From contig JBDRPO010000022.1 of NCBI GenBank assembly GCA_043827085.1, forward strand, positions 4,481 to 68,480: 64,000 nt of DNA, given 5' to 3'. The notes beneath the pieces are model-generated. The model was not told the DNA's origin. It searched no databases and saw only the letters and a program-made list of their open reading frames with translations. Positions 57,028 through 64,000 of the stretch are shown in pieces. Numbering within the stretch: position 1 is the stretch's first letter; each line of letters starts with the position of its first letter. This stretch comes from a bacterium. Lineage in GTDB: Bacteria; Patescibacteriota; Microgenomatia; UBA1400; UBA12108. A program made the position numbers and the translations under genes.

Positions 57028-58274
57028 TATTGCCGCACAAACTCACTTAGTGTCTTGAGTACATACTTCATCTGCGGCGCCCCAATGCCGGGAAACACTC
57101 CCAGCCAGAAAGCCTGATTCATCACAATGTCGGCATTAGTCATCTCACCCATCACTCGCTTATTCTCGACCCGCAGATAGGCTGGGTGGCGGAGAAGATT
57201 CCCAGAGAAAATATTTCTAGTTCCCACTTTATGTGCTTCCAGGTATTCTGTGACATCATTACGTGAGAAAGGAGCTTCTTTCTGGACAATAATCGGGAAG
57301 CCAAACCAACAGGGTTTAGTACCCGCCGGCTCTTCAATAATTTTAAATAAGATGGGATATTGCACAAAGAATTTTCTTAAAGTCGCGTAATTAGCTCGTC
57401 TACGCTTGATGAAATCGGGTAAACGCCTGAGTTGTGCGATTCCAATCGCTGGTCCAAAATCAGTGAGCTTGAGGTTATATCCAATCATCGAGTAAATATA
57501 CTTGTGATCATAGCCGTATGGGAGCTCCCCGAGCTTCCACTTAAATCTGCGCCCGCAGGTATTATCCTTCCCCGTATCGCAGTAGCAGTCGCGCCCCCAG
57601 TCACGAAACTGGCGAAGGCAGCGGTGGATCAGGGGATTATTGGTCACGACCGCACCACCCTCTCCCATGGTGATTTGGTGTGCCGGGTAAAAACTGTAAG
57701 TTGCGATATCGCCAAAGGTCCCGACCAGTTGCCCGTTGTGGGTCGAGCCCAGTGCGTCGCAGCAATCTTCGATAATCCACAGTTGATATTTTTTCGCCAA
57801 TTCTTTGATTTTGTTTATGTTATAGGGGATACCGAGCGTGTGGGCTACCATGATGAGCTTGGTCTTAGGACTGATCGCCGCTTCGATTTTCTCCACGTCG
57901 ATATTTAATGTAGTTAAATCTGCGTCCACAAATACAGGCGTGAGTCCATGTTGAATCCCAGGATTAACTGTCGTGGGAAACCCAACCGCACAGGTAATGT
58001 ATTCATCCCCAGGCTTAAGCTGACGATCTCCAAAAACTGGTGAAGTGAGTGCCGCGAGTGCATTCAAGTTCGCGCTCGACCCGGAATTGACGAGTGTTAC
58101 GTACTCGACTCCCAAGAATTTCTTAAACTCACTCTCAAACTTTTTTGCCCATCTGCCCTCCGTCCACCACCCATCACGAGCCGCCTCGATAGCGTTATCA
58201 ATTTCTTCCTGCCCAAATACTTTTCCCGATACCGGCACATAAGTTTCACCAGGGACAAATTTTAGCTTACTCAT
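57024..58274 (-). CDS. ddhC: CDP-6-deoxy-D-xylo-4-hexulose 3-dehydrase (E1, DdhC/RfbH/AscC), DegT/DnrJ/EryC1 family
   Basis: N-terminal signature VPVSGKVFGQEEIDNAIEAARDGWWTEGRWAKKFE. [2Fe-2S] motif C-x-C-x7-C in DCYCDTGKDNTCGRRF, with an upstream Cys in EDCCDALG. 416 aa. Confidence 0.8.
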   Translation of the reverse strand: MSKLKFVPGETYVPVSGKVFGQEEIDNAIEAARDGWWTEGRWAKKFESEFKKFLGVEYVTLVNSGSSANLNALAALTSPVFGDRQLKPGDEYITCAVGFPTTVNPGIQHGLTPVFVDADLTTLNIDVEKIEAAISPKTKLIMVAHTLGIPYNINKIKELAKKYQLWIIEDCCDALGSTHNGQLVGTFGDIATYSFYPAHQITMGEGGAVVTNNPLIHRCLRQFRDWGRDCYCDTGKDNTCGRRFKWKLGELPYGYDHKYIYSMIGYNLKLTDFGPAIGIAQLRRLPDFIKRRRANYATLRKFFVQYPILFKIIEEPAGTKPCWFGFPIIVQKEAPFSRNDVTEYLEAHKVGTRNIFSGNLLRHPAYLRVENKRVMGEMTNADIVMNQAFWLGVFPGIGAPQMKYVLKTLSEFVRQY

Positions 58275-58317
58275 ATCAATTTATTATACACGAGCAAATA
58301 AGCTGTATAATTCTCCT

Positions 58318-60462
58318 ATGGTTATCCGTACTCCCAAGCGTATACATTTGTCTTTTGTTTCCCTCGTGACGCTCCTTGTCTCAATCATCTTGACAGGATT
58401 CATCATTGCCTTTGTAAAATTCTATTATCCCTTTGGGAACCAGCCCTTCTTTACTGTTATCTACATGTGGTGGACCAGAATGGCTTATCTTCTCTGTCTC
58501 GTGCTCGTCCCGCTTTATGCCTGGTTCATTTGGCGTGTATTACACCGGTACACTCGTCCATCTAAAACCATCACATTGATTTATTACGTGCTTAGCGGAC
58601 TTGCTTTTGTTGGGCTCCTTGCTTACATTGCCAAACTTGACTTGACTTTGTTTTATCATTGGTCCTCCGAAAAAGTCGCGATCTACTCAGACTGGAAGAC
58701 TCATGCCGTTACTCTAGGTTTTGCCGCCCTCATCCTTGGCTTCTACCGGAAACGTTCGTCTATTTACTCTTTTCTCTCTCATTCATTGACCAAAATAATT
58801 CTTGTCATTATGGTCGTCATTTCACTGTACCTAGCCAATTTTGCTCTCCTCAATGATAATCATCGCTACAATGCCAACGGATTAAATTTTAGTGTTGTCA
58901 TGCACCCAGCTGTCCAAGTTTACTATGGCAAAGCCGTACTGATTAACCAAAAAACTCAATATGGTCTCTACGCCCAACTCCTAGAGCCAATTTTTCATTT
59001 AATGGGAGGTATCAGTGTCTTCAAGTTTAGCCTTATTATGGCCATACTTATTTGTTTATCACTCCTTGCGATCGGCTTTTTCCTGCTCCTATCTGTTCAC
59101 CCAGTCTTTGCTTTAGTCGGGTTTTGTGCCACCATCTACTTCCATTATTTTGCCGGTACCCTCTGGCCTCACGAGCTTTACTATCAGTACTATCCCATTC
59201 GTACTATTGTCCCCACCTTGACATTGCTCTTTAGTACACTCTACTTCCGCACTCCCACCCAAAAGAAATTTTTAGCCATGCTGGTTTTCCTCTCCCTCGG
59301 CATTATCTGGAATCTTGATGTCGGTCTCTTTGCCTTTGGCGCTTTTGTCATCGCTGTCTCTTACCAATACCTTTTTCTCTCGGAAAATGTTTTTTATAAA
59401 CTTCGCCGGCTATTTAGTACTTGGTTTCTCTCAGGTCTAATCTTTACTCTTGTTTTTGGCGCTTTTTTGCTATATTTACGCCTTCGTTACCATGCTGTGC
59501 CTTCTCTTGAAATGTTTGTTTCGGCTCAAAAACTCTTCCTGAGCGGTCAGTTCCCCGTCCTCTTTCGTTTATGGACCATCATTGTGCTGATTTATCTTGC
59601 CGGTTTGATAAATTCCGTCAAAAATCTCGTCTTGAATCGTCCGTCCGTCAACCACACGATGATCTTTTTCACTACTATACTTGGTCTGGGCATTTTCACT
59701 TATAGTATCAACAATCCCCATGACTCCGTACTAACCAATTGTGGTTACCCTGCGCTTATCGTGCTAGTCCTTCTTGTTCATGAAACTCTCCAGGAATGGG
59801 GAGAGGAAGCCAGGCTTCGCTACCGCTCGCTTTTCCAATACAAATTTATTGTTCTCTCACTACTCATTATCTCATTTTTAGGGACTGCTTTCTTTGTCAA
59901 TCTGCGCGGGAGTACCCTCGTGCGAGACGCGATCACTATCGAAGATTTAATTCATCCTCGCCCCGGTAATATGGAAACTGCCTGGGATGCTAAAGGTGAA
60001 ACCGAAAAAATTGTGGATTTTATTACGATAGGTGATCTCTATCTCGATCCCAGCCTGACTCCGAGCTGGGTCAACAAAGCCAACTTTGCTGCCCGCTACG
60101 CTCTCCCAAATGGGGCCATTCGCGACGATCTCTTGATCCTTTCCAATTGGGAATACCTGCTTTATCTCAAAGCACATGCCAAAAGCCCTCTAATTTCCGT
60201 TAATTTTCGTCATCTGTTTCTCGTTAACGAATGGCAATCTTTATTTGATCAGCTCAAAAACCGTCAAGATCGCTATGTCCTCGTCGAAGACGAATGGGGT
60301 CTTTTCCAGGGTGAACTCAAAAATCATCCCAATGAGTACATCGCCAAAATCGAAGAACTTTTAGCCGCCAACTATCACCCAATCGAAAGAGAAATTGTCG
60401 GCGATAGTTGGTATGATGATCGCTGGTATCCCAGCGTGATGATCATGTACGAACGCAATTAA
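58318..60462 (+). CDS. Large polytopic membrane protein with a conserved C-terminal ~200-aa soluble domain, paralog family F
   Basis: 714 aa. The C-terminal IEDLIHPRPGNMETAWDAKGETEKIVDFI ... DDLLILSNWEYLLYLKAHAKSPLISVNFRHLFL ... YHPIEREIVGDSWYDDRWYPSVMIMYERN is homologous to the C-terminus of 63312..64000(-). Confidence 0.5.
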   Translation: MVIRTPKRIHLSFVSLVTLLVSIILTGFIIAFVKFYYPFGNQPFFTVIYMWWTRMAYLLCLVLVPLYAWFIWRVLHRYTRPSKTITLIYYVLSGLAFVGLLAYIAKLDLTLFYHWSSEKVAIYSDWKTHAVTLGFAALILGFYRKRSSIYSFLSHSLTKIILVIMVVISLYLANFALLNDNHRYNANGLNFSVVMHPAVQVYYGKAVLINQKTQYGLYAQLLEPIFHLMGGISVFKFSLIMAILICLSLLAIGFFLLLSVHPVFALVGFCATIYFHYFAGTLWPHELYYQYYPIRTIVPTLTLLFSTLYFRTPTQKKFLAMLVFLSLGIIWNLDVGLFAFGAFVIAVSYQYLFLSENVFYKLRRLFSTWFLSGLIFTLVFGAFLLYLRLRYHAVPSLEMFVSAQKLFLSGQFPVLFRLWTIIVLIYLAGLINSVKNLVLNRPSVNHTMIFFTTILGLGIFTYSINNPHDSVLTNCGYPALIVLVLLVHETLQEWGEEARLRYRSLFQYKFIVLSLLIISFLGTAFFVNLRGSTLVRDAITIEDLIHPRPGNMETAWDAKGETEKIVDFITIGDLYLDPSLTPSWVNKANFAARYALPNGAIRDDLLILSNWEYLLYLKAHAKSPLISVNFRHLFLVNEWQSLFDQLKNRQDRYVLVEDEWGLFQGELKNHPNEYIAKIEELLAANYHPIEREIVGDSWYDDRWYPSVMIMYERN

Positions 60463-60483
60463 GATGTTAAAATATCTCTGAAT

Positions 60484-61422
60484 ATGGTCAATAACAAAAA
60501 GTTAATCTCCATTGTGGTTCCCGTTTACAACGAAGAGGCCGTCATCCCCGAACTGCTCAAACGTTTAACTCAATTTATTTCTTTTTCTTCTCTCTATCGT
60601 TACGAAGTGATTTTTGTCGAGCACGGTTCGCGAGATCGCTCTTTCGCGCTTCTCAATCAAGCTACCAAGCGTCACGCTTACTTCAAAATCCTCCGCCTCG
60701 CCAGGAACGTCGGAGCTGACGGAGGCATTGTTGCCGGTATGCAGCACGCGGCAGGCGATGCCTGTGTCATCCTCATGGCTGATCTCCAGGAGCCGCCCGA
60801 GCTGATTGCCAAACTCGCCGAAAAATGGGAAGAGGGATATGGGATTGTCTACGGTTTAGTCAAAAAACGCACCGCTGGTATAGTCCGCAACTTTAACTCT
60901 CGCCTGTTTTACAAAATCATCAACTTAATGACCGGTAATATGTTCCCCGAAAATGCCTCCGACTTCCGCCTCATGGACCGACCTGTTTACGAAGTCGTTG
61001 CTCGCATGAAAGAGCACAACAAATACTTGCGCGGCCTCGTCATGTGGACTGGCTACCCCAGTATCGGCGTCCCCTTTGACCGCGCCCCGCGCTTTGCCGG
61101 TACTCCCAAATCAGACCTCAAAACTGTCCTCAAAGTGGCGAGTAACGGTATCTTCTCCTTTTCTTACGTTCCACTTCGCCTAGTCTCGACCCTCGGTATC
61201 TTCATGACACTGGTTTCGTTTGTCTTGGGTTTGATCTATCTCTATCTCTTTATCTCCGAGGGTAGGACAGCTCCAGGTATCACAACCGTCATCCTCTTGA
61301 CCCTGATTCTTTTTGGAATCCTGTTCTTTGTCCTCGGCGTCATCAGCGAATACCTCGCGCGGATCTACGAAGAAGTCAAAGACCGTCCACCGTACCTAGT
61401 CAAATCCAAAACCAATCTCTAG
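60484..61422 (+). CDS. Polyprenol-phosphate glycosyltransferase (GtrB/ArnC/CsbB-like GT2 with two C-terminal TM helices)
   Basis: ISIVVPVYNEEAVI ... VIFVEHGSRDRS ... LMADLQEPPE ... RLMDRPV, then two C-terminal TM helices (IFMTLVSFVLGLIYLYLFI and VILLTLILFGILFFVLGVI). 312 aa. Confidence 0.8.
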   Translation: MVNNKKLISIVVPVYNEEAVIPELLKRLTQFISFSSLYRYEVIFVEHGSRDRSFALLNQATKRHAYFKILRLARNVGADGGIVAGMQHAAGDACVILMADLQEPPELIAKLAEKWEEGYGIVYGLVKKRTAGIVRNFNSRLFYKIINLMTGNMFPENASDFRLMDRPVYEVVARMKEHNKYLRGLVMWTGYPSIGVPFDRAPRFAGTPKSDLKTVLKVASNGIFSFSYVPLRLVSTLGIFMTLVSFVLGLIYLYLFISEGRTAPGITTVILLTLILFGILFFVLGVISEYLARIYEEVKDRPPYLVKSKTNL

Positions 61423-63278
61423 TTTGACTCTGTCAATGTCTTGTCCCTATCCACTGTCGGGATAATCATATTGGCATTAAACTCATCTCTTGGTAAAAGA
61501 GGCGATAGGTCTTCGATCGGGTTACCAAACGTCAATTTGGGCTCTATTTTCTGGTCAGGTTTCAGCATCACTTGTACAAGACATGGTCCCTTTTGCGCCA
61601 GTGCCCAGCGGATACCCCGCTTTAGTTTTTGGTGATTATTGATCATTTTCCCAGGTATTCCGTACACCTTGGCCAGCTTAATAAAGTCTGGATTACAGAC
61701 CCCGGTGGTAGCATCAGTCGCAATATAGTGATTATCTAGATATAATTCCTGGAACTGTTTGATAATCCCGTATCCCCGGTTATCCAAGATAAATATTTTG
61801 ACCGGTAATTTTTGGATCGAGAGGGTCTGCAATTCCTGCACATTCATCTGAAAGCTCCCATCCCCGTCGATGCAGATTACTTCTTTCTTCCCGAGCGCGA
61901 CCGAGGCTCCGATTGCCGCCGGGAAAGCGTATCCCATCGGGGAATTGCCGAATGCCGAGAATAAGCGCTGTCCCTGTTTTAGCTTGAAAGACTGCATGAT
62001 CCAGGTCAAATGTCCTCCATCGTCGGGGATAATCACCGCATCTTTCTTCAGCTCTTGTGAGAGCATCTCTCCAAAAACATAAGGGTTGACGTACTTCTTC
62101 TGCTTAAAGTGGATCTTTTGCACCGTCGGATACTTTTTCTTCCACGCCAAGGTTCTGGCTAACCAAGCTTTAGTGTTGGGCAAACGTTTCAGATACTTGG
62201 GAGCTTGTTTGATCATCTCGCGCAAAAATTCCTTGGCGTCACACTCGATCTCTAGCTTTGGAGTCAGCCCACGCCGCTTCGCCAGCTCGCCTTGGTCAAT
62301 GTCCACCATGATGATCTGCGCGAGTCTGGCAAAGGTTTCCGGTCTCCCTCCTGTTTGGCGGGTATCGAGGCGTGATCCTACGGACAAAATCGCATCGGCG
62401 TTTTGAACAGTAAAATTGGCCGCTCTGGTTCCATACACACCATGACATCCTATGAGTTGCTGATGCTCCCAGCCAAAGCTATCCAGTCCGCTCCACGATG
62501 TCACCACCGGGAACTTCGTGAGCTTTGTCAGCTGATGGACTTCTCTTATCCCATCCGCTAGTCTGATTCCTCCTCCAGACAGTAATACCGGCCTCTCCGC
62601 CTTCACAAGTATCTCCCAAGCTTGTTTGACTTTTTCTCTGAGTTTACTGCCGGTGTCACGGTAGGGAAGGGTAGTGGGAGTAGCAAATGACTTCATCCTC
62701 TTTGGTTCGCAAGGAACACGCTGAAGGTCCATGGGGATATCTACTAGGACTGGTCCAGGTCGTCCAGACTTGGCCATGTACACAGCTTTTTCTAATTCGT
62801 AGCGGACATCCTCCAGCTTACCTATCTTAACCACGTACTTGGTTAGTGGTTTGACGATACTCACAATATCTGTTTCCTGGAAACCAATTTGGCGGGAGTT
62901 CTCTGTTCCCGGCATGCCGCCCTTCTGTTCGTAGGTATTTACCTGCCCTGATATATATAGTGTTGGAATACTGTCAAACCACGCACACCCCATCCCAGTG
63001 ATCAAATTGGTCGCACCCGGTCCCGAGGTCACCATACAAGCCGACAGTCCCGGACCCAAGCGCGAGTAAGCTTCTCCCATCATGGCAGCGCCCTGCTCGT
63101 GATTGACAGGCACATACTTAATGTCTTTCCGGCCATAGAATGCATCCATCACAAAGGCGATCGCCCCGCCCGTAACCACAAACACTTCCCTCACTCCTTG
63201 GCTCACCAAAAAATCCAAAATATAGTCGTTGACTTTATAAACTTGCTTCTGCTTGGTCATGAATCTTTCTCCCATCAT
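61419..63278 (-). CDS. Thiamine-diphosphate-dependent enzyme, acetolactate synthase large-subunit-like (candidate YerE-type sugar-nucleotide branching enzyme)
   Basis: N-terminal Pyr domain VREVFVVTGGAIAFVMDAF ... SGPGATNLITGMGCAWFDSIP. C-terminal ThDP-binding GDGSFQMNVQELQT. 619 aa. Convergent with the GT2 gene (4-nt overlap). Confidence 0.7.
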   Translation of the reverse strand: MMGERFMTKQKQVYKVNDYILDFLVSQGVREVFVVTGGAIAFVMDAFYGRKDIKYVPVNHEQGAAMMGEAYSRLGPGLSACMVTSGPGATNLITGMGCAWFDSIPTLYISGQVNTYEQKGGMPGTENSRQIGFQETDIVSIVKPLTKYVVKIGKLEDVRYELEKAVYMAKSGRPGPVLVDIPMDLQRVPCEPKRMKSFATPTTLPYRDTGSKLREKVKQAWEILVKAERPVLLSGGGIRLADGIREVHQLTKLTKFPVVTSWSGLDSFGWEHQQLIGCHGVYGTRAANFTVQNADAILSVGSRLDTRQTGGRPETFARLAQIIMVDIDQGELAKRRGLTPKLEIECDAKEFLREMIKQAPKYLKRLPNTKAWLARTLAWKKKYPTVQKIHFKQKKYVNPYVFGEMLSQELKKDAVIIPDDGGHLTWIMQSFKLKQGQRLFSAFGNSPMGYAFPAAIGASVALGKKEVICIDGDGSFQMNVQELQTLSIQKLPVKIFILDNRGYGIIKQFQELYLDNHYIATDATTGVCNPDFIKLAKVYGIPGKMINNHQKLKRGIRWALAQKGPCLVQVMLKPDQKIEPKLTFGNPIEDLSPLLPRDEFNANMIIPTVDRDKTLTESN

Positions 63279-63311
63279 TTTATTTAAGGTTTCCTATTAT
63301 AAACTATTTTT

Positions 63312-64000
63312 TTATTTTTCGTTTCTCTCCCACGTACTTATGTAATTGACTTGCCACTGCCAGCCGTAGTATTCCTCGCCCACCAACTCACGCTCAATTA
63401 CGTGATAATTATTGCGAATCTCCCGCCACAGTCGCTCTACCATTTCCTTCACATGACTCTTTTCTCCTCCCACAGTGATGAGTTGTTCTTCGTCAACGAT
63501 CAGGAGTTTACTTTGCCTCCCAGCAATATGGGTAAACAACTCCTCCCACTCACTTGGTAGTGCCAAATGACGGAAATTCACCATGGGTAACGGAGCTCTC
63601 GCTCTCGCGTGCAAATATAGCAAATAATCCCAATTAGATAATATGAGCACGTCATCGCGAACTTCCCCCATGTTCAATTTGTATTCGTCAGCGTATTCCG
63701 CTTTCTTTACCCAAATGGGTTTTAAGCCACGGTCGCGCGCCAAATCACTTTCATAGACAAAATCGATACCGGTAGCTGAGCCTCTATGTATTCCCCAGAG
63801 TGACTTGGCACTTTTTGTCTCGGGTCGGACCACATCTTCAATGGTAACCGTGTCTCCTACTAGCCGGCTGTAGCGCAGGTTTTGCACTGAGCTGGCCGCC
63901 ATCAAACAAAGTAAACCCACCCCCATCCATCCCGGCCACCAAAGTTTCTTTTGCCTCCATGCTCTCTCTACGAGGAGGGTAAGCAGAATTATTGCCGGGT
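63312..64000 (-). CDS. C-terminal part of a family F membrane protein. The frame stays open to the window edge, so the N-terminus lies outside.
   Basis: TIEDVVRPETKSAKSLWGIHRGSATGIDFV ... DDVLILSNWDYLLYLHARARAPLPMVNFRHLAL ... YHVIERELVGEEYYGWQWQVNYISTWERNEK matches the C-terminal domain of 58318..60462. No in-frame stop upstream of the first Met through nt 64000. Confidence 0.5.
   Translation of the reverse strand, partial: PAIILLTLLVERAWRQKKLWWPGWMGVGLLCLMAASSVQNLRYSRLVGDTVTIEDVVRPETKSAKSLWGIHRGSATGIDFVYESDLARDRGLKPIWVKKAEYADEYKLNMGEVRDDVLILSNWDYLLYLHARARAPLPMVNFRHLALPSEWEELFTHIAGRQSKLLIVDEEQLITVGGEKSHVKEMVERLWREIRNNYHVIERELVGEEYYGWQWQVNYISTWERNEK

Noticed and set aside
57024-58274. Alternative call as ColD (GDP-4-keto-6-deoxymannose 3-dehydratase), which would connect directly to gmd and give a colitose pathway
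   Set aside because: ColD lacks an iron-sulfur cluster, whereas this protein has the exact E1 C-x-C-x7-C motif plus the GWWTEGRW signature of CDP-sugar E1 enzymes. ColD-like function is not fully excluded without phylogeny.

Overview
The window is an almost uninterrupted cell-envelope glycosylation island of about 50 genes with no housekeeping, RNA, CRISPR or transposase genes seen. It opens with nucleotide-sugar genes: the 3' end of gmd and a UXS-like SDR. About 14 cytoplasmic glycosyltransferases follow. Several are Dpm1/GtrB-like polyprenol-phosphate-sugar synthases and one is fused to a GtrA-like domain. Three are tandem GT4s. About 25 polytopic membrane proteins carry the D-E/D-D first-loop motifs of GT-C glycosyltransferases (ArnT/PMT/YfhO/PIG-V-like). 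They fall into at least six paralog families, here called A to F. Both a Wzx-like flippase and a Wzm/Wzt-type ABC exporter are present. At the 3' end sit CDP-6-deoxy-hexulose 3-dehydrase (DdhC/RfbH, with the E1 C-X-C-X7-C iron-sulfur motif), a ThDP-dependent acetolactate-synthase-like enzyme, a cysteine-less PAPS-reductase-fold PP-loop protein and an ENPP-type alkaline-phosphatase-superfamily phosphodiesterase. Most plus-strand genes overlap by 4-40 nt, often as ATGA, implying long translationally coupled operons. A five-gene minus-strand operon of very large membrane proteins lies at 42180-51933. The only clear regulator is a TrpR/YerC-like HTH gene bracketed exactly by two copies of a 32-bp perfect palindrome. 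Gene content resembles CPR/Patescibacteria or other Gram-positive-like uncultivated lineages, but taxonomy cannot be determined from sequence alone. All family assignments rest on motif recognition by eye and need HMM or BLAST confirmation. Coordinates I derived myself, rather than taken from the ORF track, may be off by 1 nt.
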